DNA of 64,000 bases from Takakia lepidozioides (Eukaryota; Plantae; Bryophyta), in assembly GCA_030704615.1 (NCBI GenBank), contig CM060734.1:22568001-22632000 (forward strand), in the 5' to 3' direction. Both the position numbers and the translations under genes were made by a program. Shown piece by piece: positions 51,307-64,000 of the stretch. A model generated the notes under the pieces. The model was not told the DNA's origin, searched no databases, and saw only the letters and a list, made by a program, of their open reading frames with translations. Within the stretch, counting starts at the first letter, position 1. The number at the start of each line of letters is the position of its first letter.

Positions 51307-51480
51307 AAAAAAAGTATGACGCCTCCCGAAGGGAGCGTAACTTATGGTGTCACTTCACCACAAGGGCTACTGTCTTCCAGCTGCAAGGGGTCCTTCATGA
51401 CACACCAGACCATGGTTTGAACCCACAACCACATCCAACGTGGTATGTGCCCATTACCACTGGGCTACATGTTGGTTGTC
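51307..51480 (-). mobile_element. tRNA-derived SINE, second copy, with T-rich tail
   Basis: A box TAGCCCAGTGG, B box GGTTCAAAC; TSD TAGTATA(T/C)GTA (51296-51306 and 51481-51491). Confidence 0.85.
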
Positions 51481-51941
51481 TAGTATACGTACCTATTCGG
51501 TTTCATTTTCAACTTCGACCGATTCTGGTATGGCCGGCAGTCCGTCAGACCACCTATCCACAGAATTGGGACTGTTAATGCCAAAGAACTCCATATCTGG
51601 ACTCCATGGGCTCAAGGCATAAATTGAAGAAGCATGAGCTTCCGAAGGGACATATACTTCCCGGATTAGTATTGGAGCCCCTCAGATACGAACCTTGCGT
51701 ACTAGCTCAGTAACACTAAGATAATGCAACTGGAGGAATTCGTGCCCTTTCCACAGCCATAGAACATCGGCGGGGGTACCCGCGTATGTCTCCGATATGA
51801 TGAGGAAATGGTAAAAGATCCTGTATACTACACCCCAACAACCAACAAACCCAATCGTGCTTCCTATCAATAGGAGTAGTGCTACCGCTACTGGTCGACA
51901 CTGCTACAATCTGATCCACACTATGCCTGGGACGGGAGGGA

Positions 51942-52308
51942 GTCTGATGAGAGGGTAGAATAGGCATAAATAGGTTGAAGAAGAAGGCGCCCTCACCACA
52001 TTGTCAATCTTGATCTTGTATCCTGATCCATGGAGGATTTGACCGACCATCAATCCAAAAGAACCTCTTGTGTGTGCTGTTTGTGTCTGTAGTCAGGTAC
52101 TGTCGGATTGGTCTATGAGAACCACCTCGGTGCAACTGAGCAGGCAGAGATTGAAACACCCAAGCTGACTCTCCCAAGAGCCTTGTAAACATCAGGAAGA
52201 ACACCAAATCATGGTACTAACAGGAGCCAAGAGCCCACATTTGCAGGATGGACAAACTTCTTCACATCGTACGTTAAGAAAAAGCCACACCTTGCGATTG
52301 CGGTTGTC
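51942..52308 (-). pseudogene. OSB PDF-module fragment
   Basis: Reverse complement of the 37926-38300 unit (DNRNRK | intron | TNPTVPDYRHK..SNPPW). Confidence 0.75.
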
Positions 52309-54711
52309 AGACCATTATCTGTAATGATCTTACACAAAGGACAAACGTCTAGATAAGCCAACTGCCATTTCAGATGCACTTCTGCTGGTGACTCATGCGT
52401 GACGTATCTTAGCAATGGTGGCTCACAACAGCCCAGCCACTTGGTGTAGAAGTAGAAGAATTTCACATTGGCGCCGTATAAGCCTCCGGTCGTGATTTCC
52501 CGCTGATCTCCTCGGGATCCTATTCTCCCAAGTGGCATGAAGATATGGTGCGGTAATGTTCCTGCACTCTCATCTCAAATGATACAAAAAACCGATCGTG
52601 TGCTACCATCTTCGTTCTGCACATCCATTTTCAATTGTTGAGAATATTCCGTAAAACAATTTATCATAAAAACTACAAGCAAGATTTTAAAGAATTTAAA
52701 AGCAACTAGTCTAGCTTCCGGCAGACGCACCAAAAATATGTCAACCATTAATGTACCCCATTAATGATTCCATATTTCATTTGGATTCGGGTTAGACGGA
52801 GTTAGGTTAGGTCCCGAAGGCGCCACCTAACTCCAGGGGGCTGCTACTGATGTATTATAAGTTTATATATATATATATATATATGATAAGTTGTTGCGTT
52901 TGTAATTTGTATCCAACGGTCAGTATTTACTTAACGTATTCAAGAAAACAATATTCTAGATATAATTAATGCGAATGTATAATTTTCCTTGGTATAAAGA
53001 GTTATTGTTATTTAAGATGTATATGTATATATATTAAGAGAGATATTATAGTGTAAATATTATCTATTAGGCAAATAATAAAATTTAATTTAAACTAATC
53101 CCAATTCATTTATGTGAGTAAAGAATAACCAATTTAAACAGTTCTAGAAGAATATATATCTTCAACCAAGTAACAGTCCTAGAAAAGCAAAACTAATTAC
53201 AAGAGTAAGTGCGGGAAAAGGAATTAAACCCTCAACCTTATGATGTACAAATAACTTCCCTGACCACTAGGCCAAGGTTCATTCATTGGAATAATAATGT
53301 TGTATTATCTACTTTAACATGATAATCGTCTGAAGAGACCACAGATAATGGTGTCTCTTCAACCCCGAAAGGTCACACTAGATCAGGTCACAACTGCTCG
53401 TAAGTGTAACACGGTGAATATTTCAAGAACACTCAATTATTAAATTCACCATTTGAAGTCTAACTTCGATCATCCCCACAACATAGTCGTGCCGCTTCAA
53501 TGCCGAGCAGGTATCTCCAAACACATGCCGATCTTAAATTCTGTACTTTCCGGCCGTGTTGGAGCGGTGGTTATCGGAGGGATCTAATATGTCCAGATGT
53601 TCTACTACATCAGTGTTCACACTACAGTGTGCTTCTACGACAGAGCCCAACCTTTTTGGGTTCCTTGACATAATTGCCAGACATGCAGTGGGTGGCAACC
53701 CATCTCGCAAAGACGAAAATTTTCTGGTCAGGATTGAACATACACTCAAGACTTGGTAGCATGGACACTGAGACAGCTATTGTGGAGACCCATCAGTTGG
53801 GCAGTGTTCTTCAGCAATGGCGCCACTGTTACTAAAATGTATCACCCACTACATTGGACATTCTTACTGTCACTCATCATGTTGATGCCAGCTTCCTTAT
53901 AAATTTTATAGAATCCCATTGTATCCGAATCTAACCCCCTATTAATGCTAAATTTTACTGCACCTAGCTGGCCTCATGATGATTTATAATACATCAAATA
54001 CACGTCTCTGCTAACACCCACTATCTTATCTCAACAAACACTGTTAGAACATTCAAAATACATCAAAACTTACAACCGAAGAGGCCTCACACTTCACTTT
54101 TTATTTAAAAAGAAAATCCACACCTTCAGATTTCCATTATTCACACACCATCCATATTTGCACTTCATCACCCTTACAGCCTGCCTCACATGACCACCGT
54201 TTATCCTTCTGAAATCATGAAGCACGATTAGTTCCACCAAGTTTTATTCAAAGTCCATGACTGCCCTATTCTCACTACCTAGATCCTTCATGATGGTAAT
54301 TCAGAGTGCTGCTAATACAGTCACATTCTAACTGTCCCACTCTGTCTCGGAAATCATATAAATTAACCTGAATTTACCAATGGAAATTTCAGGAGCTAGA
54401 GTTCAACACCTCTTGAAAAATACTGGTCAAGATCTCAAATTATTTCCACTCGGCACCAGCACACACCAATGATCCGAGACGTGAAAGACGAACGACGATG
54501 GGCTGCAGTACTGTTGCAATATATCAATTAAATAAACAACTAAGCATCACACCCACTACAGCTTGGTGTACCTCCAAGTGCGAGACACCGAACTACCTCC
54601 ACTAAACTACCTAGTATGAGCAAGAGAGCATGAGAGAGAGCGAGAGATGAAGAGAACTAGATTAAGATGACACAAAACACAACAAACTGTCTTTCTTCTA
54701 TAAGAATTGTG

Positions 54712-54852
54712 GAGTAGCCTAATGGTATGGAGGTACTTGTGGTCAGGTGGTCTCGAGTTCAAATCTTCGAAGTTTTTCAAAAACTTGAGATTGCATGGTG
54801 ATTTGAACCCACGATGGGTGTCGTGACAATGCTAATCCTTACCACTACGCTA
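54712..54852. other. two convergent degenerate tRNA-like (A/B box) sequences
   Basis: Plus strand TAGCCTAATGG...GAGTTCAAATC; minus strand TAGCGTAGTGG...GGTTCAAAT; no complete cloverleaf. Confidence 0.5.
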
Positions 54853-55019
54853 CCCTCTTAATCATGCTAACCCTTTGCTGTAGACTTCTATATAAGGTAT
54901 TGTTTACCCTCTTATGTATGTATAATGTTGTACATGGGGGGGTTAAAAATACCCCCTCCTGTGCACGCACGTGGCTAGTACAGGTTGGCTGGGGTGCACC
55001 CCCCAGGCCTTGTCGCTAG

Positions 55020-55200
55020 TTGTGGTTCTCCCTTGGCAGAACGCACTTTAATAGAGGCCCCCAATCACTCGTCGAGAGTCCCAATTTCCGTGTCGTTGCC
55101 GGTGTCATGAAGGAGTGCGACGCTCCTGTGATAAATGCTTCAAAGCCATACACCTCACGGCGCTTCGCTCCCTCACAGCTACCATCACCAATAAGCGACA
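55020..55200 (-). pseudogene. retroelement aspartic protease fragment
   Basis: AFITGASHSFMTP..TRKLGL, a degenerate DTGASHSF motif. Confidence 0.5.
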
Positions 55201-55301
55201 ACTCGAATTCAATCCCTCTTCGGTACCCCAGGGTACCTCCGGGTACCCTAGGTACCACTACTATCTGGCTACTCGGTGCCCCCTGGACACCTGTTTTCTT
55301 T

Positions 55302-55365
55302 ATAGGGCCCACCCCCGAAATGGGGCAGTAGCCGTAAGGCGAAGTGGCTCTTAGTTACACCGGTC
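55302..55365 (+). ncRNA. LINE 3' RNA motif copy
   Basis: TAGGGCCCACCCCCGAAATGGGGCAGTAGCCGTAAGGCGAAGTGGCTCTTAGTTAC. Confidence 0.65.
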
Positions 55366-55369
55366 TCTT

Positions 55370-56270
55370 TGCCGCTGCTGCTGCGGCTTCCAGTTGACCA
55401 TCTACCCATGCAGGTTTCTTGTAGCTATCCTTCCACAGGGAATCATAGGTAATCTGGAGCTTGAAATCCAACCCTCTTGGATGAATCTGGACCCACACTC
55501 TATCCCTGTTCCTTCAGCTATCCATGCCTCTACATAAATCATGCACACATCCTTGCCTTGCTGCTAGCAGCTGACAATGACAGCCTAGAATTGTTCCAGC
55601 AAACACCCCAACCCTACTGACTTAGAGGCTAAAGTGTCCAAAGCCATGTCTGCTTCCAGAAAATTGTCTGATAAAAATGAGGTTAGGCAGAAAACTTCCC
55701 TGGACTTGTTTCCAGTATATGATATGGGGGAGGACATCATGGATGACCTCAAGGGTCTACCCACTCTCGGCACCAGACTGAAATTTAAACTCAGGGCAGG
55801 AATCCTACCTTTGAATAGCAAACAGAAGCAGAGAGGAAAAGGAGAGTGCAATTGCACCCAACTCAACTTATCACATTAGTTCCTATGGTCAATTGCATCT
55901 GCCACTCTTTGTAATCTGACAGACATTCACCTTTTTGCCTCGGTTGTCGCACCATTTACTGGGGTCAGAAAAGTATTCATCCCACAACTTCTCCTCATAT
56001 CTGTTACTTGTTTTTGGATATTTTTTTGTTGTCACATTCGCGGTATAATGTCAAAGTCACTTCAAACAAGATTCACTCAACCAGCTAACTTGCAGAATTC
56101 AACATGAATATTTACGGCCGATTCTGACAAGAAGGAAAAACAGGGTGAAATGTGTTGAAGAAGGTGCATTCATTAGCAGTGCCTGATTTTATCGATTGTG
56201 TCGCGCTGCTGCTGCGGCTTCCAGTTGACCATCTGTTTCTTGTAGCTATCCTTCCACAAGGAATCATAAA
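55370..56270 (-). pseudogene. OSB PDF module with intron, interrupted by a ~230-bp insert
   Basis: Homologous to 25590-26160 (IHPRGLDFKLQITYDSLW..KKPAWV). Confidence 0.75.
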
Positions 56271-56415
56271 TAAGCACTACGAGCCCATGGCTCACGGCGA
56301 CACGGATCAGAATGGTCCCTGCCCTCTACGGGGAGGAACGCACCCCGATCCGGGATGATCCGGGAAGGCTCAAGGTTCATATTTGCAAACCCAGATCGTC
56401 CTCCAAATGTTTCAT

Positions 56416-59400
56416 CCACTACTACATTGGGCTTCTCATGTCAATTGCACATGCAATTTTGAGCATAGTAGAGTACAAACCAGCAAGGCCTGCTGTCTTT
56501 TATCATAGTATATAAATTAGGGATGCTTCTGTGATTCTGTCAGAGTAAAGGGGGTGTTACATATGCCACATACACACAGTTGAGTGATGATAGGTTAATT
56601 TCTTGCAATTTGTTTAGTATACCTGCATTATTAGAGAAAGATGGTTCAGCTTGGGGCAACCTATGCATTGGAAGTTGAATACAAAGGTGGAGCTTAGTGG
56701 AATGCATGTATGGTCAATGGGGGTTTGTTTGGGATGAGAGAAGGACTCATGTAGGAAGTGGTGATGCTTGTGTATTCCAGGTTAAATTTCCAAGATGATT
56801 TCACTGGATATCTGGCTGGGCGCGTTGACATTGCATGTAGATCTAGGTTGGATAATTAGAGCTGGGTACTTGTATCTGAAAGGGGAGAAAAAAGTTTTGG
56901 GAAGGGAGAGAGCTGCACAGTAAAAGGGGTAATGAATGGGATGGTCAATTGAGAGACAAAGAGGGGAAAACCATGAGCTGTAGATGACTTATCAGACCTG
57001 CACTTTGTGGTAGATCCTTGATGCCTTCTCAAATTTCGGTTGATCATCTAAGGGAGTTCTAGACAAGCATTGCAAGAGTGAAATTGCCTCACGGGCTATG
57101 CATTTACCGACATAGAGTGTTGTTGGGGTCACGTAGCATCACAACAATTTTATTGACATTGCATGCCCTGCCTACATAATCTGAGAGATAAAAATGGATA
57201 AGCTTCCCAGTCCCATCCATGTCTTCTCTTCCGCTGCGGCGTGGATGAGGACACATGAACTCTGATCATGAACAATACATAGGGTTTTTTAAGCTGTGTG
57301 TCGGTCTTGGACTAGCAAGTGGATGCTACACTAGAAGGAACAGATTTAGAATTATCTAGAAGGGGATTTATGCCCCTTCTTTTGGTATCAGAGCGGGCCG
57401 GTCTTTTGATCCGGGAGATGTAGGATTTAGTGTAGGAAGGTAGAGGAGTGATTTGCGAGCAATGGTGACTAACATTCCATTTTACGGGAACAAGGATGAG
57501 GATGTTTACAGCTGGATCCAGAATCTGAAAAGGGATGGTGAGGGCCGGATCTTTGGTGAGCTCAAGCTATTTATATCGGCAAAGCTGAATCTCAAGTCAT
57601 GGGCTGATACCTGATATCGCATGCAAAAACCAAGACCCATGAACTGGCATGATTTTCAAGTAGCCACAGTCTTGAAATTTGGAGAAGAAGGTCAATCAAG
57701 AAGGAGGAAAGTGATGTTAGCAAGGAAGTTTGATGGGGTAGATACAAATGTGGAAGAGTCTGCTACAGGGATAGAGGAGAGGTTATCTCTGATTGAAAAG
57801 GATAATCACAAGGAGTTCACATCGGTCAGTTCCATTGATTGTGAGCCAAGATCAGATCACAAAACAACGTCACAGAGTTGCTTTAGGGTGAAGCCACAAA
57901 CCAGCGAAGTCCCTGCAATGCTTCCTCGAGGTCTCAATTTGAACAACACAAGTCAGCAAGTGGAGTGTCGCACTACATGTCCATCAAGTCAGAATCAGAT
58001 CCGAAGTGAAAAGAATCACCGGCTGGGGCTGCAAGTGGAAACATGTGGAATGCAACATTCATGCTGCAAAATGTTGGGACAATGGGAGTCGAGGAGCAGC
58101 AAAAGGATGCACAAACTTTGTGAATGTGTTTTGTGATATGGAAGAAGAGATCTTGGAAGACATCTTTTGTTCAACGGAGAGTCAATCAGGTGTCAATGAA
58201 GAGTGTGCACCTAGATTGCAAGTTCATGTGCAGATCCCAAGGTCTTCTACAAGTGCACATGTAGATCAAGATATACTTGGGGAGTTTGGGCATAGCGTTG
58301 CCAACTCACCAAGGATTGGTGGTACAACCTGTGGAGCGAGTGTCATGAGAGAGGAAGATGACAACGAGTCTTGGACAGATCTGATGGAATGGGTGGAGGA
58401 AGAGTGTATGTTGCTTGCTCAAACTAGACAGGATCTAGATCAAGACTCACACCTAGTTCAACACATACTTGGGGAGTTTGGGCATAGCGTTGCCAACTCA
58501 CCAAGGATTGGTGGTACAACCTGTGGAGTAAGTGTCATGAGAGAGGAAGATGACAACGAGTCTCAGACAGATCTGATGCCGCTTGATGAAGAAGCGGAGC
58601 TGGTCATGGAAGGTGGGAGGAGATGTGGCGACCTCACGGAACACCACAATTGGACTCCCACAATATGTGTGCAAGAAGAGAATGCTGCGGAGACTCTTGC
58701 AACCCTCTTGGTGGAAGTGTTTTGTGATGATGAAGATCAGGTTCTGGCGGACCTGATAGCTCTAAGGGGAGAACGAGACGTCAACAAGACCAGGTTGCCC
58801 TGTAATCAGAAATCATCACCATCTGCTGTCAAGTCAAGAGATTCTCATGAGGGTGAGCTAGGGAGCCAACTGATGGAATGGGTGGGGGAAGAGTGTGCGT
58901 TGCTTGCTCAAACCAGACAGGATATGATGTATCAAATCAAGGTGTTAGAGGCCCAGCTGGGGGGCAGACGAGATGAGGCCTTGGCTGATATTGTCTGCCG
59001 TAGCGGAGCTGATCAAGTTCAAGCGGATCAGCACGTGACCATGACAGACAAAACCTTGTTCCAAAGGAACCCTACGTCAGGTATGGTTGCTCATGAGCTG
59101 AAGTCTGCGAAATCAGCATAGCAAGAAACTGGGCAGAAGTGAAGAGGTGCCCAAATTTCAAAACTATACCGTAATTGAGCCTGCTAAGACCAGACCTGTT
59201 CAACCAATTCAGCGATGGACAAGAAGGATGTGGTGTGTTGTTTTTGCTTGGGCGGTGTGGAGGTCCAGACCACAGGTGATGGAGGCACCGCCAATACACA
59301 GTGTGGCGTATAGAGATGGTCTCAATAAAATGCAATGGAAGATAGGGTGGGCACATGGACTGCAGCCCCAGCTGACGGAGCAATCTGAGTCCTCAGATTT

Positions 59401-61800
59401 GTGGGAGGGTTCGGAAACATGTCAACAAGTGCAAGGAAAAGATGTGAAGCCAGATAAGCTCCCCTTTCTACAATTAGCACCTTACAACGAGAAGAGAGGA
59501 AGATTTGTCAGCCAGCTTGGAACATGGCCACGAAGACATCATGGGAGCTAACTTTGGGGCAGAAGGACGCAACAAGAGTATGCCTAGCTGCAAACAGTAC
59601 AATGTGGAGGGTGGCTGTAGCAAGAGCTAGGAAAGTGATGGATGACGGAAGGCTGAGGGAAAGGCCAAAGGGCATAAGTAGGATGTGGAAGCAATGGCTT
59701 AAGTGGGATGTTGATGAAGAGGCCAGATCTGCCCGGCTGTGGAGTACAACGCAAGATGACATCAAAACAGATCCATGCCAAACCAAGGCACCAGTAGCGA
59801 TTGTGGCATGTTCACACAAGAGAGTGGGAGCCATGTCTCAGAAATATCCCCGGCGTAAACAATTAATTACAAAGGCAAGCAAGGTTTTATCTTATGCCCA
59901 TCAGGGGTACTACCCCATAGAGGGCAAGTGCAATGCATGTGCGAACTTGGCAGCCCTAGGGAAGGGCAAGGAGACCCATGCTGATATCATTGAAGCTGGA
60001 GTTGTGCCAAGTATCATCTTGGGCACTTCCCTCATTGACATGTATGCCAAGTGTGGGGGGATCAAGGATGCAAGGGGAGTGTTCATCAATACAGCTGAAC
60101 GAGATGTGGGGTCATCAAATATGATGATTGCAGGAAATGCCCAGCATGGTTGTGGAATGCAAGCTGATCTGGATCAGATGCATGAGCAATTGATCTGGGA
60201 AGGTGTAAAGCCCGGCCAGGTCAGGTTCGGTTCAGTTTTCAAGGAGTGCACCAACCTTACATCTTTTGCAAGGGGCAGGCAGGTCCATGTTGACGTCATG
60301 AGGGCTGATGTTGTACCAAATATTAATGTGAACAGCTCCCTCGTGGACAAATGTTGGAGCATCATGGAAGCACGGCAAGTGGTTGATGAGACACCTGAAC
60401 GAGATGTAGACACATGGGATATAATGATGGCAGGGTATGCCAAGCACAGATCTGGTAAGGAGACCTTGAAGATCTGCAAACAAGTGAGACCAGAGGGGTT
60501 GAAACCTGATAAGATCTCGTTCACTTGTGTACTAAATGCGTGTGCCAGCTTTTCAGACCTGGAAAGTGGTGAAGATATCCCTGCAGACATTATCAAGGAG
60601 CTGTGGAGTAGAAACGAATGTGGAATTCACACGTTGTACCTGTTGGGTGTACCTTATGATCCTGGAATAGAAACGAATGTGGAATTCACACGTTGTACCT
60701 GTTGGGTGTACCTTATGATCCTGGAAGAGAAACTGAATGCAGCTAAAAACTGAAAGATGGAGTAGGAAAAGACTGGTCAACAAGTAGACGTGACTTGAAA
60801 CCCTTCATACCAGCAGTGAGTGTTCAGCCGGTGAGAGTGGTCAGTGAGGACCCTGACACTTAAAAATGGAGACACACTACATATGTAGTGTGAATGCAGT
60901 GGGTAACATTGAAATTTTTGTGTTGTTGGTCGCCGAGATACTGCATTTCTAGAAGGAAGGGCTCTGGTGCCAGTGTGAAGATGGTTGAGTTATCCCTGCA
61001 ATTTTCATCCATGCTATAGACAATAGTTCATCCCTGCCTACCAGGTTATTTCATGAGCTGCGAAGAGGATGCTTCACCGGGATGAAAGTGGTTAAGTCGT
61101 GAACAGTGGATTTTTCATCCGGATAATGAACGAAGTTCATCCATGCTTTCTAGGTTACATCATGGGAACAATGGGAGGATTCTTGGCCAGGATGAAAATG
61201 TTCAAGCATACTGCGATTTTATTCATCCATCAGATGGACGTACTTCATCCCTGATTTCTCATCCGGAAGACGAATGAAGTCATCCCTGTGGAATGTGCAA
61301 TGGCGGGGAAGCTGCGGGCAATGGAATGAGCAGGGAGAGAGAGCAGCGAAGGACTTGGCAAATTCTGCCTGTGTGTTGATATGCGTTGATTATCAGTAAT
61401 GGTGAGGAAGGGAAATTAGAGGGAATCAGATTTACAAATCTCTGCAGCTGCTACGTAAATGGAAACTGTGCTGCCATCTGCTTTGTGATAATCGATTCCT
61501 GGAAGATTACCTTACGGGGAGAACGTCGTGGCATGCGGTGCAGCAGTCAGTTAAGGGGCGATGCTTGGTAGGGTGTGCAGCTGCAGGCGGTGCTGCTTGT
61601 TTCTTTATGATGATCTGTTTCAGAAGGATCATCTTACGGGGGAGACAATGTGGTGTGTTGTGCAAGTACAGGTGAAGGGAAGCGGTGCCGCATGGCTTTA
61701 TGATTCTTACTTGACAAAGATGACCTTAAAGGAGGAGCAGACAGGCATGCCTAGAGGGTTATGATCATAGCCCAGACGCTGGAGAGAACATAGTGGTGGA
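56416..61800 (+). mobile_element. non-autonomous LTR retroelement: partial LTR, tRNA-iMet PBS, gag remnant, PPR cargo; 3' boundary uncertain
   Basis: LTR 56416-57382; PBS TGGTATCAGAGC at 57383-57394; ATG 57462 begins FYGNKDEDVYSWI...W.DFQ..VLKF; no RT or IN seen. Confidence 0.7.
59524..60753 (+). pseudogene. degenerate PLS-class PPR array (about L-S-P-L-S-P-L) inside the LTR element
   Basis: NACANLAALGKGKETH, TSLIDMYAKCG, RDV..W..M.AGYAKH, GLKPDKISFTCVLNAC; intronless; no E/DYW domain. Confidence 0.85.
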
Positions 61801-62604
61801 GGATGAAGCCTCAGTCATTGCCCTAGAGCAAGCGCAGAAGGCCGAAGTGTCATTAGGTAGTTATAACTACTCTACCTTTGCCACGTCATACCATTTCATA
61901 CCATCCCATATGGGATGCAAAGTGAAGAAGACAACAGAGATTCATGTGTGCCTGTTCAGATGAAACTGAACTCTTTAGCTGGATTATGCTTTAAACGGTA
62001 GCTTTCACACCCGTGGAAGACAATCACTATCTTAATGGTAGCCATGTACAACCCTCTCATTTCCTGCACACGTTCCTTTGCTATTATTTTAATTCTTTTC
62101 CCAAGAGGGTATTCAGTTGCACTGTTGTGACTTTGTTTTTGCATGTCATGTGCAGAAGCAAAAGTCGTCACTACTCCACCCCCTCTCATTTCCAACAATT
62201 TCGCTACGCTGTGAGCCACTCTCCCTCTCATTCTCTCATGCCACTTAGGCTGCCTGCCTGCCTTGGTACAGATTCTCTACCATTGAGGACGAATACATGG
62301 ACACGCAGGCCATATCATCTTGTATGGCCTCTCTCTCTCTTTTCCCCCTTTGTGGCCCCATAAAGTTTCTGTCTTATGTACATTATATGTTTAATGTTAT
62401 TTCTTATCATTTCATTTCTGGCCTAGGATGGTCATTCTTGTTTTTTCCTTCTTCTATCTCATTTCTGAATCAGTTGGACGCTTGTAGATTTCTCACCTTG
62501 AGCCAGTACATTGTTGGACGAAAGAAATGTTGTTGAACCATGATTTCATATTTTATTTTATGTGAAGCCAAAGCAGGTGCAAGATATTTCAAGGCAGTTT
62601 GTCG

Positions 62605-62780
62605 GTCAGTGCTGAAAGAGCAGGGGTAGAGTGTGGGCACAGATTCATCCAAGAGGGCCAGATTTCCAAGCACAAGATTACCTATGATTCCTTGTGGATC
62701 AATAGCTACAAGAAACCTGCATGGGTAGATGGTCAACTAAAGGCAGCAGCTGCAGCGGCACAGTTGATAAAATCAGGCAC
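62605..62780 (+). pseudogene. OSB PDF motif second exon
   Basis: AG | IHPRGPDF(fs)KHKITYDSLWINSYKKPAWVDGQL. Confidence 0.75.
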
Positions 62781-64000
62781 CTCACCCATGACCACAGCTT
62801 CTGGAAGAGGGTCAAGAGAGGGAGTCCACAATGCCTCTTCTGGCACTTCTGTGTTGGGCTGCATTGCACAGCCTGTCCTCTGCCTCCTTGGCCCTGGCTC
62901 TTAGTCACCCGAGTCGCATTTCATCCATGGTACAGAATACGTGGATGAACTTGGATGAAAAAGTTTCCTGAAGCAAAAGTTTGCGGGCCGGGGTCAAGCG
63001 TGCGGAGAAATTTACGGCACTCAAAAATAATAAAACCTGCGCAGTAGGGAATTTTTTGAAGGCCGGGCTATCCCTAGTTTTGTGTGGATTAGGGGTGTCC
63101 AGCGTGTTGACCCGCGCACATGGCAGGTACAGGCCGCCAGGCGCCGGCGATGGAATTGAGTGGGGCTGCATGGTCGCCCGTGTGGACAGTGGATCCCACC
63201 CGGATCTGCCTATGCAGGGTGGCGGGCATTCAGCCCGGTGACGTTTCGCGCGTTTTCTTTCTCGCTCTTGTCTTTTTCACTGGGCTCTCTTGCAGCTTCA
63301 AGCGTTTTTCCCTTTGGCCATGGTCTCATCTACATTGTGCTTTTCTTTCTTGTGTTCATTGAAACCCTAGCGCATTTATGCGCACACCTGCCGCTGTCTG
63401 CCCATCTTCTAGCCCGTAGTTCTAAGTGACCGCATTGTATACTCAACGCACGTGTGCATTTGTGCTCTGCGTTTTGGTTTAGTGCAGCTCGGCCCTATTT
63501 ACAGCTCCAGGTTTCTGAGCCTTCACATTTCTGCTAGGGGGCATACAGATGAGGGCAATGTTGGCGGAGCTGTGGAGTTACTGACCTGTCTGTCTGTGTA
63601 ATTTACTGTGCAGTCTGTGAATTTATGGTTTGCCGGTCTTGAAAGTTGTTTGGTATATGTGGGGCTGCTAGGGTTGGGTGCAGGTTGCAATGGCCCCAAA
63701 GTGGAAGAGGTTGGAGGCTGCTGAGCCACCACCACCAGGTCCACATCTTCAAAAGGCACTGGAAATCATTTCTTCTTGGGCTTTAGAAGAGCAACATAGC
63801 ACTGAGAGACAGTTGAGTGAGATTATTGGTTGCTTGACACCTGATTATTTGCTTTCCTTGCCTGCTCCACCTCATGCCAACTGTTGGCCAAAGCACCCGC
63901 GTGCACACAATTATCGTTTTCTTCTTAGAAGACAGGTTGCTTTACTTCTTGGTTGGAGGGAAAGACGAGAAGAGGGGGACCCTGAGGGCTTCGGTGAGGC

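Noticed and set aside
50500-54500. Endogenous giant-virus or Polinton segment
   Set aside because: No hallmark viral motif recognised; position and strand fit a gypsy leader.
59524-60753. Functional host PPR editing factor
   Set aside because: Degenerate motifs, no transit peptide or E/DYW domain, a terminal 59-bp duplication, and it lies downstream of an LTR-PBS-gag.

Overview
Eukaryotic, land-plant nuclear DNA, most likely a seed-free plant such as a bryophyte or lycophyte (inferred from the Tcn1-type chromovirus, RLE-type LINEs and PLS-PPR fragments). The window is a nest of decayed transposons with no intact host gene. It contains several Ty3/gypsy copies with accessory ORFs, a self-priming chromovirus, a SWIM-type MULE, a CACTA element, Dualen/RandI-like LINE fragments, two tRNA-derived SINEs, a non-autonomous LTR element and a small mitochondrial insert (5S rRNA plus a group II intron end). 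Main observations: (1) a LINE ORF combining a chromodomain, a PCIF1/CAPAM-like N6-adenine methyltransferase fold, RNase H, a CCHC finger and an RLE; (2) a ~90-nt RNA structure, conserved by covariation, shared by that LINE's 3' end and the SINEs (5 copies); (3) transposon-borne organellar nucleic-acid-binding modules (a Gag-to-PPR cargo and repeated intron-containing OSB PDF modules); (4) a ~20-kb inversion (about 27243-47312) that rejoins a split CACTA element and two split gypsy elements. All domain calls come from reading motifs by eye; no searches were run.
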